NCBI GenBank assembly: GCA_964410735.1
Contig: CAYPIF010000025.1
Coordinates: 1-59,362 of the forward strand
Direction: 5' to 3'
DNA from: an uncultured Thermoplasmatales archaeon
GTDB lineage: Archaea; Thermoplasmatota; E2; DHVEG-1
DNA length: 59,362 nt
Every line of letters starts with the position of its first letter. Positions within the stretch are counted from its first letter, which is position 1. The translations under genes and the position numbers were made by a program. Positions 11,821-21,601 of this stretch are shown piece after piece. Under the pieces are notes generated by a model. The model was not told the origin of the DNA. It searched no databases and saw only the letters and a program-made list of their open reading frames with translations.

Positions 11821-12438
11821 ATGGGACCAACATTGATTTTTGATTATGACGGTGTCATTGTCGATTCACTTGACCTCTTCATGCGCTTTTTCATAGAAGC
11901 ATGTAAAAAAGAGGGTTTTGAGGAAATTGGTTCAAAAGAGATATTTCTCTCACTTTTCGATGGAAATATGTTTGAAAAGATGGCGCAAAAAGGTATGTCA
12001 AGGGGCCAAATCCTTCATATCATGCTCTTCATGAAAGAGAAACTACTGAGGAATCAAGGAAAACTCCAAGTATTCAAAGGCATGAAGCAAACATTGAGCA
12101 CACTCTCAGAACAGTATCCATTATACATTATTACATCCAATGAATCAAATGTTGTCAAACAATTCCTCATATCACAAGAATTAGCCGTCTTTAAGGATAT
12201 CTATGGATCTGACAAGGAACCAAGCAAGGTAAAAAAGATACACCATATCAAACAACAAAATAATAGCGATAAGGTCTTTTACATTGGTGACACTGTGGGT
12301 GATATCATGGAGGGAAAACAGGCAGGCGTTCAGACGATCGCTGTTACCTGGGGATGGCATGATGAAGAAAAACTTCAAAAAAGTGGTCCATCATATATTG
12401 TATCTCATCCAACAGATCTTCTTGGGTTATTCGTATAA
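11821..12438 (+). CDS. HAD family hydrolase (phosphoglycolate phosphatase-like)
   Basis: FDYDGVIVDS motif I, ITSN, YIGDTVGDI, VTWG. Confidence 0.92.
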   Translation: MGPTLIFDYDGVIVDSLDLFMRFFIEACKKEGFEEIGSKEIFLSLFDGNMFEKMAQKGMSRGQILHIMLFMKEKLLRNQGKLQVFKGMKQTLSTLSEQYPLYIITSNESNVVKQFLISQELAVFKDIYGSDKEPSKVKKIHHIKQQNNSDKVFYIGDTVGDIMEGKQAGVQTIAVTWGWHDEEKLQKSGPSYIVSHPTDLLGLFV

Positions 12439-12582
12439 ACATATGATAAAATATTATACAAAAAATCAGGTTTCTTTGTTAAAAACATAGCAGTTGGTTG
12501 AATTTTACACAAAAGATTTAAATATCTTCTTTCATAAAGGATAGTGCTGTTCGACAATACAGTATCGAAAAGGTGAAGAACT

Positions 12583-12873
12583 ATGCCGAAGGAAGAAACA
12601 GATGAAAACGTGATATTTATTGGAAACAAACCACCAATGAGCTATGTACTTGCGGTCGTCACAGAATTCAAAAAGGACAACACTGAAGAAGTCGTCATAA
12701 AGGCAAGAGGACGTGCAATCAGCCGAGCGGTAGATACAGCTGAGATCGTGCGAAACCGTTTTGTCACCGATGCGGTCGTTTCTGAGATACAGATCGGAAC
12801 AGAAAGCGTTACCAACGATGAAGGACGAACACACAACGTTTCATCCATAGAGATACATCTCTCTACGAAATAG
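12583..12873 (+). CDS. albA: DNA/RNA-binding protein Alba
   Basis: [35 protein letters not shown]. Confidence 0.97.
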   Translation: MPKEETDENVIFIGNKPPMSYVLAVVTEFKKDNTEEVVIKARGRAISRAVDTAEIVRNRFVTDAVVSEIQIGTESVTNDEGRTHNVSSIEIHLSTK

Positions 12874-13079
12874 ATCCTAAAAAAATAATAGATTTTGCTA
12901 TGCTCTCATAGCTGGGAAAAAACTGTTCCCTAAGGATAGTTGTTTTATAGATTTTTTTGGTTATGCGCGCACATTCATTATATGATGCTTAATGATTTTT
13001 ATACCATGAACAATATTAAAGGAAATATTATTATATTATTAATAAAATTATACTATGGTATTTGTAAACGTGATGCAAC

Positions 13080-13175
13080 ATGAGCAAGCCCTACGAGGAC
13101 CATAAGAATCGGCGTATACGTGAGATTCACAAACGCGTCTTTGAATTCATGAGCAAAAAAGAAAAAGAAGAATAA
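13080..13175 (+). CDS. Candidate small protein, 31 aa (MSKPYEDHKNRRIREIHKRVFEFMSKKEKEE)
   Basis: GTGA RBS-like element, TATA-like sequence upstream, fills an intergenic gap; below the ORF track cutoff. Confidence 0.35.
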   Translation: MSKPYEDHKNRRIREIHKRVFEFMSKKEKEE

Positions 13176-13249
13176 CGCCGATACAAAAGACAGAAATCAG
13201 CTGTATCAAAGACATATTTTTAAGCACCCTATAGTTTCCAACATATACA

Positions 13250-14149
13250 ATGGCTTTATCAATTGATGAGATTGTCAATACACTTGTTCCATATACTGAT
13301 ATCATCAAATTCTTCATCATCCTCTTAGCAATATTTATCATATTCATAGCTCTATTTAAAATAATAAAACGAGGTCTCCTTAAAAAGGCGAAAAACAAAA
13401 AAGATATCTCGAATATCACCGTTTTTCTTGATTTTTTAAAATATTCATTCATACTCCTCGTCGGCATCTTTGCAATAACCTCGTATTATGGACAATGGGG
13501 CGATATCGGTTTCATCGCAGGTCTACTAACCGTTGCACTTGGATGGGCATTACAAAAACCAATAGCAGGTGTTGTTGCATGGATCATCATCATATCCAAA
13601 CGACCATTCCACATAGGCGATAGGATAGAAATCAACACTATGAAAGGGGACATCACTGATATCACCCTCACCCACATCTACCTTAATGAGATCGGCGGTA
13701 CAATCGATGGTGAAGAGTTATCAGACAGAACCATCATGATACCAACCTCGATCATCTTTGATGCTGAAATAATCAATTACAATCACAAAGACAATCTTAT
13801 CCTTGATGAGGTAATCTCATCGATAACCTATGAAAGTAACCTTGAAAAAGCAGAGGAAATCGTAAAAGAATCAGCAAAAAAGATCATTGAACCATTGAAA
13901 AAACAATACCCGAAACAATACAGCAATAAGCAGCCTCACACTCGACTTCACTTCAAGGAATCCGGGGTTGACGTCACCGTACGATACCATACCATAGCAA
14001 CACAAAGAAATCAGATATCTACGGACATCCGAAGAGAGATCTATAAACAGATACGACGTACACCAGATGTTGAATTCGCCTATCCACATACAGAGGTGTT
14101 GCTTCGAGATAAAGAACAAAAAAATAATGAAAAAGGTTTTTTTATTTAA
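13250..14149 (+). CDS. MscS family mechanosensitive channel
   Basis: LGWALQKPI, RPFHIGDRIEI, VEFAYPH. Confidence 0.9.
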   Translation: MALSIDEIVNTLVPYTDIIKFFIILLAIFIIFIALFKIIKRGLLKKAKNKKDISNITVFLDFLKYSFILLVGIFAITSYYGQWGDIGFIAGLLTVALGWALQKPIAGVVAWIIIISKRPFHIGDRIEINTMKGDITDITLTHIYLNEIGGTIDGEELSDRTIMIPTSIIFDAEIINYNHKDNLILDEVISSITYESNLEKAEEIVKESAKKIIEPLKKQYPKQYSNKQPHTRLHFKESGVDVTVRYHTIATQRNQISTDIRREIYKQIRRTPDVEFAYPHTEVLLRDKEQKNNEKGFFI

Positions 14150-15422
14150 GGAACTCTTGATAGATATCCATCTCTCGGTTGGCTACTTTCGCCCAGGTGA
14201 ACAACTCAAAAACACGTTTCCGGCCGTTCTCACCCATCTGTTTCCATTGATCAGGCACAGAGAGAATCTCGTTCACCCCCCATGCAATATCAGAGGGATC
14301 AAAAGGATTGATATGGATACCACATTGTTTATCACCAGACGAGATGATCTGTTCCCTCATCCCGTTTATGCCCCGAGCACCTACCACAACAGGTTTTTCC
14401 ATTGACATCGCCTCTGTGCAAACGATCCCAAAGGGCTCATACAGAGACGGCAGAATAACAACATCAGATGAAGCATAATGAAGGATACGTTCCTCTTCAG
14501 AAACAAATTCAGTACGAAGGATGACATAATCAGATATGTTTAACTCTTGTATCATCGAGGTAATTGCCTTATCAAGGTCACCAACACCTAGCATAACTAG
14601 TTTGACCTTGGGAAATTGATCGATGATCTGTGGCATTGCTTCAACCAACTGTATCGCACCTTTCACGGTCACTAGGCGACCGATGAAAAACAAAAAGATT
14701 TCATCATCCTGTATCCCATATCTTTTTCGGAGTTCACGTTTTTTTTCCCAAGGTATCTTTGATGTATCATATTTCTCAGGGTCTATACCATTCCAACACA
14801 CCCTGATCTTATCAGCGGGGAATCCTAGTTGTTGCAATTCCTCCTGCATCGCATAAGAGACCGTTATGATACCATCAGCGGTTTCTGCACCTGTTTTCTC
14901 AATATGCTGTATCGTTGGTGAACCATTTCCGATGGAGCGACCATGTTCTGTCGAATGAACATGAAAGATCAATGGTACATTCAAGGCCTTTTTTACCATC
15001 ATACCACCAAAGATACCCAACCAATCATGAGCTTCAATAATATCAACATGAGTACCATTGTTGGATTGAGTTATTGTATCAACAAGGGTCTTTGCAGAAA
15101 GCATATTATAAGAGAACACATCGGAAAAAAAGGTGAGATGTTTTCCCCACGAGAGAAGATCTTGGTTAGATAGAATAGCCAGTGATTGTGTGATATCAAT
15201 GAGTTTTGGTCGATAGACCGTTATCCCATTTTGCTGTTCCACTGGTAACAAAGAGTTGGCATCATTGATTGCAAAGACAGTGACCGTATTACCTTGGGCG
15301 ATCTGTTGTTTTGTAAGCTCCGTTGCAAATGTTCCTAGTCCACCCCAGATAGCAGGAGGAAACTCCCAGGAAAAATGAGCAATGGAGATTTTTTTTTGCA
15401 TACTCTGCTGTTCTGTATTCAT
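14142..15422 (-). CDS. GT4 family glycosyltransferase
   Basis: WEFPP..GGLG, AHDWL, HVHSTE, PSLYEPFGIVCTEAM. Confidence 0.93.
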   Translation of the reverse strand: MNTEQQSMQKKISIAHFSWEFPPAIWGGLGTFATELTKQQIAQGNTVTVFAINDANSLLPVEQQNGITVYRPKLIDITQSLAILSNQDLLSWGKHLTFFSDVFSYNMLSAKTLVDTITQSNNGTHVDIIEAHDWLGIFGGMMVKKALNVPLIFHVHSTEHGRSIGNGSPTIQHIEKTGAETADGIITVSYAMQEELQQLGFPADKIRVCWNGIDPEKYDTSKIPWEKKRELRKRYGIQDDEIFLFFIGRLVTVKGAIQLVEAMPQIIDQFPKVKLVMLGVGDLDKAITSMIQELNISDYVILRTEFVSEEERILHYASSDVVILPSLYEPFGIVCTEAMSMEKPVVVGARGINGMREQIISSGDKQCGIHINPFDPSDIAWGVNEILSVPDQWKQMGENGRKRVFELFTWAKVANREMDIYQEFLK

Positions 15423-15571
15423 CCCCGTCCACCTTACGCGGCCCAGAAATGGTGGTCATAGTTAATAAAACAACCGCTTTTGATTGATTCATCATCGATT
15501 GGGAATATTCATAATGTAAAAGTTGTTACATACTATTAGTAGCATCTATCGTGGATGGTGGGTGAACAAGT

Positions 15572-16633
15572 ATGAGCAACGTTATACTTCAAGAGGTTCT
15601 TGAGAACATCGAAAAGATTGAAAAAGGGGATCTAGAAAACCTACATGCAGTATTATTGCCTGATTTTTTTGTGGACCATATTGTCTCAATACCTGATTTC
15701 AAAGAGGGAATGCATCAGATCGAATCGCGGGTGTTACAAGGCGGTGGCAATATACCTGGTTGTTCTCAGGTGATACAGCAAGGTGGAAACGCTGCAAATA
15801 CCGCTCTTGCACTAGGACGACTAGGCATTTCATCCCATCTTATCTCTAAGACAAATGAAAATGGTAAATACCTTATGGATTTTTTTCTAAGACCTCATGG
15901 TGTTGATATCTCTCATGTACAAACAGGCGGGCTTCTTGCTAGTACGGTAGCATTAGAGTTCGGAAGGAACCACTCCAATGTCTTCCTTCAAGATGCAGGT
16001 TCAGTGGAAGATTTTGATGTTCATGATCTCACAAAGGATGATTGGAAGCTGATACAATCATCAGATATCGTTGGTGTGATGAACTGGAGTTTAAATAAGA
16101 CAGGGACGCATCTTGCGAGGGATGTTTTTTCCTTTGCTAAGGATCATGATGTGAGAACATATGTTGACACTGGCGATCCTAGTCCACGGTCAGAGGATAT
16201 AACAGAACTAATTGATTCAGTCTTTGCCCCAGGTCTCGTAGATTTCTTTAGTTTGAATGAGAATGAAATTCGTAGATATTCAGGACAAAACAGTGGCGTA
16301 AGCCCAGATGAAATCCTTAGCGCCGCCTCGATTCTTTTAAAGAAGGTGCAAACTCGTCTTGATGTCCATACTGCTGTTCAATCGTACTCAGTTTCAACCA
16401 GAGAGAACGTGACTGTCCCAGCGGTATCTCTTGAAAAAGTGTTTCGCGCAACTGGTGCAGGTGATGCATGGAATGCTGGTAACATTTTTGGAGAACTTGT
16501 TGGTTTTTCCTCTGAATGCCGTTTGATGTTTGCTAATATTCTTGCTGGTTGCTATATTTCAAAACAGGAACCTTTGCCGCCAACATTGGAGGAGGTAAAG
16601 GACTTTACTAGAACATGTAGTTTGAATGGTTGA
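15572..16633 (+). CDS. PfkB family carbohydrate kinase
   Basis: GGNAANTALALGRLG, NENE, TGAGDAWNAG. Confidence 0.9.
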   Translation: MSNVILQEVLENIEKIEKGDLENLHAVLLPDFFVDHIVSIPDFKEGMHQIESRVLQGGGNIPGCSQVIQQGGNAANTALALGRLGISSHLISKTNENGKYLMDFFLRPHGVDISHVQTGGLLASTVALEFGRNHSNVFLQDAGSVEDFDVHDLTKDDWKLIQSSDIVGVMNWSLNKTGTHLARDVFSFAKDHDVRTYVDTGDPSPRSEDITELIDSVFAPGLVDFFSLNENEIRRYSGQNSGVSPDEILSAASILLKKVQTRLDVHTAVQSYSVSTRENVTVPAVSLEKVFRATGAGDAWNAGNIFGELVGFSSECRLMFANILAGCYISKQEPLPPTLEEVKDFTRTCSLNG

Positions 16634-17180
16634 TGGGAAAATGATATGGCCGTTTAACGATAATAAGAATATGAACATACCGGAGGATGGAACAGAAGGT
16701 GGGTTCCTTGAAGATCGAAAGGATCGTTTCCATTGCGGTGTTGATATCTATGCACCACGAGGGGAACCCATTCTTTCCATTGAAGATGGTACGGTCCTAG
16801 ATGTATCTGTTTTTACGTCCCCTGAACGTGTCTCGTATTGGAATGATACGGTGCAGATACTGTTCAAAGCTGATTCTGGTATTTTTTATCGCTATGCTGA
16901 ACTTGAAGGATCATTAGTTGAAAAGGGGAAACAGATCCATGAAGGGGATACTATCGGATATGTTGGTCAAGTGTTGAACCCAAAAGTGATCAATAGGAAA
17001 AGCCCTGAGTATATACAACGTTTGGTACAAAGAAAGAAACTTAGTATGCTTCATCTTGAAACATATACCAAACATCCAACTGATTCGAGGTTTTATCTTG
17101 GCGGTAATTGGTTTGGGACACAGATACCGAGTAGTTTGATTAGCCCACATATTATCCTTAGGAGAATACAGGAAAAATAA
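16626..17180 (+). CDS. M23 family metallopeptidase-like protein
   Basis: HCGVDIYAPRGEPI..IEDGTV, YRYAEL, GDTIGYVG, MLHLE. Confidence 0.85.
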   Translation: MVDGKMIWPFNDNKNMNIPEDGTEGGFLEDRKDRFHCGVDIYAPRGEPILSIEDGTVLDVSVFTSPERVSYWNDTVQILFKADSGIFYRYAELEGSLVEKGKQIHEGDTIGYVGQVLNPKVINRKSPEYIQRLVQRKKLSMLHLETYTKHPTDSRFYLGGNWFGTQIPSSLISPHIILRRIQEK

Positions 17181-17232
17181 AAAGATTGGAAGAAAAATTA
17201 AAAACTCTATATTCGAGGTGGTGAGGAGAAAG

Positions 17233-17994
17233 ATGGAAACAGTACGTGACCCTGAATATGACAAAGCATTGGCATTCATTCAGAAACATCATCAGAAAAA
17301 ACCTGAGAAAACATTTCTTCAGCTCATTGGAGAATGCAAGGTCGAATATGATGGACGTGCGAAATCATTTCTTGATTGGGGGCAGCGTATCGTCATGATA
17401 AAACAGGATGGAAACGTCCTTGTTCATCAACCTGTGATGCGGGAGCCTATCAACTGGCAACCATCTGGATCGAAGACCAGTTTCTCCGTTGAGGATGCTA
17501 AATTCATTGTTCGTTCCCGGCATACGAATCCATCGGAGAAGATGAAGATTAGCTTCAGAAAGATCTTTTTGATAACGATTGCCCAATTAACTGATACTGC
17601 ACAACTTAAGATTGTAGGTATGGAAGCTGATGTTGTGAACCAGATCATAAGTAACCCCGATTGTATCGAGGAAGGATTAAGGATCCAGAAACGTGAGAAA
17701 CAAGTGAAATCAGGTATGATCGATCTGTTTGGATATGATGCGCAACATACTCCAGTGATCATTGAGGTGAAACGTAGTCTAGCAACGATCAGTGCTGTTC
17801 ATCAACTTCGGATGTATGTGAACGATATAAAACATGAAAGTGATCATGCTGAAGTTAGAGGGATACTCTGTGCACCACGGGTACCTGATATGGTAAAACA
17901 TCTTCTTGTGGATTATGGGTTGGAATGGCAGGAGATAGAACGAAAAGTGGTGATGCCTGATGATTTTCAAAAATCGTTGAAAGAGTTCTTCTAA
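17233..17994 (+). CDS. nucS: Mismatch-specific endonuclease NucS/EndoMS
   Basis: CKVEYDGRAKS, KQDGNVLVH, PINWQP, IIEVKR, QLRMY. Confidence 0.95.
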   Translation: METVRDPEYDKALAFIQKHHQKKPEKTFLQLIGECKVEYDGRAKSFLDWGQRIVMIKQDGNVLVHQPVMREPINWQPSGSKTSFSVEDAKFIVRSRHTNPSEKMKISFRKIFLITIAQLTDTAQLKIVGMEADVVNQIISNPDCIEEGLRIQKREKQVKSGMIDLFGYDAQHTPVIIEVKRSLATISAVHQLRMYVNDIKHESDHAEVRGILCAPRVPDMVKHLLVDYGLEWQEIERKVVMPDDFQKSLKEFF

Positions 17995-18002
17995 AAAATT
18001 GT

Positions 18003-18590
18003 CTATTTAAGGATGTCTTGGACACAGATATTTGTCAATGTTTCAATTGATGATGTTGCATCAAGAACCATAAACCGAGCCCCTTTGGCAAGATCCAAAT
18101 AGTTCTTTTGAACCTTTGAGAGAAAAGAGGCTTTCTCAAAAGGAATAAGCTCGTCTCGTTGTTGGATACGTTTTATTGCTGCATCTGGATCAATATCGAA
18201 AACAAAGGTACGATCCGGCGTAAGAATACGATGCTCTGAAAGTTCCTTCAACCAATGAATCGGATCATCAATTGTCTCCTGTAATTGTGCCCCTTGATAT
18301 GCATAAGTTGATTCAGCATACCGGTCACAAAGGACGACATACCCATCATCAAGCCATTGCTGGATCTCCTTAATATGGATGAATCTATCAGCGATAAATG
18401 TGAACGCAGTGACAAAAGGATCCGTATCGGTTTTAATGCATCGTTTTACACAGTCACCCATCCATGTATCTGTTGGCTCAAGGGTCTTCTTTACTTTTAC
18501 ACCCTGCTCGTTTAAAGCAGTGTATACCTTAGAGAGAACCGTTGTTTTTCCTGACCCATCGATTCCTTCAAATGTGACAAACCGTTTCAT
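18003..18590 (-). CDS. tmk: Thymidylate kinase
   Basis: FVTFEGIDGSGKTT, LCDRYAESTYAYQG. Confidence 0.95.
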   Translation of the reverse strand: MKRFVTFEGIDGSGKTTVLSKVYTALNEQGVKVKKTLEPTDTWMGDCVKRCIKTDTDPFVTAFTFIADRFIHIKEIQQWLDDGYVVLCDRYAESTYAYQGAQLQETIDDPIHWLKELSEHRILTPDRTFVFDIDPDAAIKRIQQRDELIPFEKASFLSKVQKNYLDLAKGARFMVLDATSSIETLTNICVQDILK

Positions 18591-18630
18591 ATGCCTCATC
18601 CCACTTTGCAAAGGGACATATCAACATCCA

Positions 18631-19719
18631 TTATATGTTTTGGGATGACCCTTTGATATCATCATTTTTTTTCTGAGTTGAACTCTTAGCACTCTTTTTC
18701 TCAAGATACCATTTCCGTTTGTAATAACTCAAAGGATGATTTGTTTTACGACAGATATCATCGATCTTTTCAGATGGACACAACCCATATGTCTTGAGTT
18801 TGTCACACCCTGGAGCACTATAGGTCGTGGAACTTGTCGAACCAGTGATATGCTCAATCTGATACATGGTTTTCTCCTCCTCAAAATCAGGAGCAGTACT
18901 AAAAACCTTTAATATCTGTGCCGGGGTCATTTTCAATGAGCTTAAAAAGGCAACAAGAGCAAAACGACCCATATGTGGAACGTTTTCTCCCGCCTGGATC
19001 GCTGCGAGTATATCCTTGAGGCAGGGGGGAAGTTTTGTAACATCCAATGTCCCAATAGGTGCGGTTTCAAGCTCTTTTCTATGCATGAGAACCTTGTTTT
19101 GAATTCGCACTATCTCATCTAAAAAAAGTGTTTTCACATGAGGATGGCAGGTCCTCTTCTCTAGTTCCTCATTGATTCTGTGACGCAAAGCCTCCTGTAA
19201 TAGACGTGCGAGGTCCTTGTGAGACACTACAACATATCCATTGTTCATCTCCCGATTGATCATTTTCCATGTCTTATACCTGGTTGGAGCAAATCGGAGA
19301 TAATGGATGAAAGAAACAGACAGATGATCTGTATCCATATCATACTCGAACTCTACATTGAATTCTCGGGCCACGTCAAGAAGGAAATCGGTGCTTTCCT
19401 TCTGAAGGTTCTTATACATATGTACTGCTTCACCAAGTGCGTATCGTTTCGTAAAAAATGAATCTCCGATACAAACCGTTATCATTCGAGCAATGGGATA
19501 GGATAAAAGTTCCATCAGCGATTCGGTCTCAGAAGAAAGACTTCTATTACCGACATCCTTATCATTAAAAGCATGGTCCAAGCGGTCAACAGCAGAGATT
19601 CGCGCGCGTTCATAGATGGCGTCATCTAAAAGATCAGAGATTGCTGGTGCCTCTTTCTTGACAAAAATCTTTGCATCTGAAAGAAAGGGATATTTTGCCA
19701 ATGTGAAAAGATCATGCAT
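18631..19719 (-). CDS. priL: DNA primase large subunit
   Basis: AKYPFL, LPPC, HMGRFAL, YQIEHI, Fe-S cysteines (PGC..LC..C), HPLSYY. Confidence 0.95.
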   Translation of the reverse strand: MHDLFTLAKYPFLSDAKIFVKKEAPAISDLLDDAIYERARISAVDRLDHAFNDKDVGNRSLSSETESLMELLSYPIARMITVCIGDSFFTKRYALGEAVHMYKNLQKESTDFLLDVAREFNVEFEYDMDTDHLSVSFIHYLRFAPTRYKTWKMINREMNNGYVVVSHKDLARLLQEALRHRINEELEKRTCHPHVKTLFLDEIVRIQNKVLMHRKELETAPIGTLDVTKLPPCLKDILAAIQAGENVPHMGRFALVAFLSSLKMTPAQILKVFSTAPDFEEEKTMYQIEHITGSTSSTTYSAPGCDKLKTYGLCPSEKIDDICRKTNHPLSYYKRKWYLEKKSAKSSTQKKNDDIKGSSQNI

Positions 19720-19858
19720 AGAGACTACTAATCCTTAAACATTCGATTGTTTAAGAGGATTTCCGATGGTTTTTGATACTTCTCCGTTTTGAAAAAATGT
19801 CAGACCAAGTATATATACAACTTCATAGAAGAAATAATGTAACAGTGAAAGAGTGGAG

Positions 19859-20026
19859 ATGGTAAAACTGAAAGTCGCACCAAAGAACCCAGAATCTTTT
19901 CGGACCCTAAACTCGGTTGACCAAGGAGTTGACGGTTGGACAAACGTCCTCCCAACATGGGAAAAAGCTCTCCAAAAAGAGTTAAAGTGTTTCTGGGAAT
20001 CAATCAACAATGATGTATCTGAGTGA
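19859..20026 (+). CDS. Candidate small protein, 55 aa (MVKLKVAPKNPESFRTLNSVDQGVDGWTNVLPTWEKALQKELKCFWESINNDVSE)
   Basis: GAGTGGAG before ATG, TATATATA at about 19810; more plausible than the two antisense ORFs in the track. Confidence 0.5.
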   Translation: MVKLKVAPKNPESFRTLNSVDQGVDGWTNVLPTWEKALQKELKCFWESINNDVSE

Positions 20027-20118
20027 ATAGTAACCTAAGATGAAGAGGAAATGAGGATTTCGACCTCTAAATTTTAAGTACTTGAAATGCTATTATCCCG
20101 AGGCAGCTCTGTTGTCTT

Positions 20119-20192
20119 GGGCTCGTAGCTTAGTCTGGTGGAGCGACTGGCTCATAACCAGTTGGTCGCAGGTTCAAATCCTGCCGGGCCCA
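20119..20192 (+). tRNA. tRNA with CAT anticodon, probably tRNA-Ile2
   Basis: Acceptor GGGCTCG/CGGGCCC-A, anticodon arm ACTGG-CTCATAA-CCAGT, T-loop TTCAAAT, T-run terminator; Ile2 identity inferred from the GGGC acceptor type. Confidence 0.92.
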
Positions 20193-20230
20193 CTTTTTTT
20201 GTATATATTAAGGATAGATTTATCTAAATA

Positions 20231-21169
20231 ATGTCCATGCAGGAGGGTATGAAGCAATTAACCATCGGCGTATTTCATGATGATTCACTTGCTAAAGAAC
20301 TGGGAAAAAAGGCGACCGAGAGCGATATGGTCTTTTATCACCGCAAGACCGATGAAACGATTTTCTCATTCATCCATCCGGCTGAGGATAAGATCATCCC
20401 AAAAAGCCAGATCCTTAACATGATAGATGTCGCCATTATCTCCGCTGAGAAGATAACTCCAGCTCTTGGTGAAACAATCCTTATGATCGATTCATTGAGC
20501 ATAAAGCAAGGATTGATTATTATTCCAGCATACTCCGATACATCCCAGTTGCAGAAATTAATTGAAGGAACATCATTAGCATCTTTTGAGATGGTTGAGA
20601 GAAATGTTCATGGAATCTTTGAGCATCTTGAAAAAATGACGATTGAACGGGATTTAGATGGACCAGCTGTTACGACGATCGATCATTCATTCCATGTGAA
20701 AGGGGTTGGCGAGGTTGTTCTCGGGTTCGTAAACCAGGGCATTCTCCATAAGCATGACAAACTGAGGGTCTATCCAGTTGACAAGGAGACGATCATTCGT
20801 TCGATTCAGATGCAGGATACGGATTATGATGAGGCACCTGCAGGTTCACGGGTTGGTCTTGCTTTAAAAGGAATGACCGTTGATGATCTGAAAAGAGGAT
20901 ATGTGATTTGCCCTTCCGACACCGTTCAAACGGGTTCAGAACTAAGGATCTCTTTTTCTAAAAATCGTTTCTATCCAAAAATCTCAATTGGACGGTTTCA
21001 TGCAACAATAGGGTTGCAAAGTATCCCGGTTAGTATCACTGATATTTTGGATAACATCATTGCTCTACAATTTGAGAAAAAAGTATGTTTTTCAGAATCG
21101 CAAAAAGTAATCCTACTTGATCTGAATGCGGAAAAACTTCATCATATGGGCACAGGAACAATCATATAA
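20231..21169 (+). CDS. SelB-like/EF-Tu domain 2 translation factor with degenerate G domain
   Basis: IDHSFHVKGVGEVVLG, IRSIQMQD, GSRVGLALKG; no canonical P-loop. Confidence 0.85.
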   Translation: MSMQEGMKQLTIGVFHDDSLAKELGKKATESDMVFYHRKTDETIFSFIHPAEDKIIPKSQILNMIDVAIISAEKITPALGETILMIDSLSIKQGLIIIPAYSDTSQLQKLIEGTSLASFEMVERNVHGIFEHLEKMTIERDLDGPAVTTIDHSFHVKGVGEVVLGFVNQGILHKHDKLRVYPVDKETIIRSIQMQDTDYDEAPAGSRVGLALKGMTVDDLKRGYVICPSDTVQTGSELRISFSKNRFYPKISIGRFHATIGLQSIPVSITDILDNIIALQFEKKVCFSESQKVILLDLNAEKLHHMGTGTII

Positions 21170-21359
21170 TGTATGATCTTAAGATGGCACAGGTAGATGT
21201 GTAACATCTCCGTTTATTTTGGAATTCTTTTGATTCAGATGGGTTAAGATATGATAAAGTTTTAGCAATAAGCATTGATCTATGTTAAAAAAAACGTCAT
21301 TGTAGGGAATTAAATATTAAAAAATTTAAAAAGGTATTTATGTATAAACATCATAAATG

Positions 21360-21482
21360 TGTTCAGGTCTGGAGAGGTGAGAGAGATTAAAAAAGAAGAA
21401 CAATCCTCCAATTTTTCATTTGTTTTGCCTCCTTTTTCGTGTCTCCAGGCCCACCTCCCTATTTGTTAAAGGCTCGGGGCAC
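21360..21482. ncRNA. Structured intergenic element with a 10-aa micro-ORF on the minus strand (21387-21419)
   Basis: GGTCTGGAGA/TCTCCAGGCC and GAGGTG/CACCTC complementarity; AGGAGG RBS before MKNWRIVLLF; TATA-like boxes on both flanks. Confidence 0.35.
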
Positions 21483-21601
21483 ATAGCTAAAAATGAAATA
21501 TAAAATTTTCCAAATTTACCAATATAATATTCAATAGATATTTTTATTGAATCGCCTATAGAAAGAAAATCGACAGCCACCGTATGATTATCAAATGGTT
21601 A

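Noticed and set aside
19735-20010. Two minus-strand ORFs upstream of priL
   Set aside because: No motifs or RBS; the plus-strand 55-aa ORF has better signals
20231-21169. True selenocysteine factor SelB
   Set aside because: Lacks the P-loop and domain IV; no in-frame TGA gene or tRNA-Sec seen in the window
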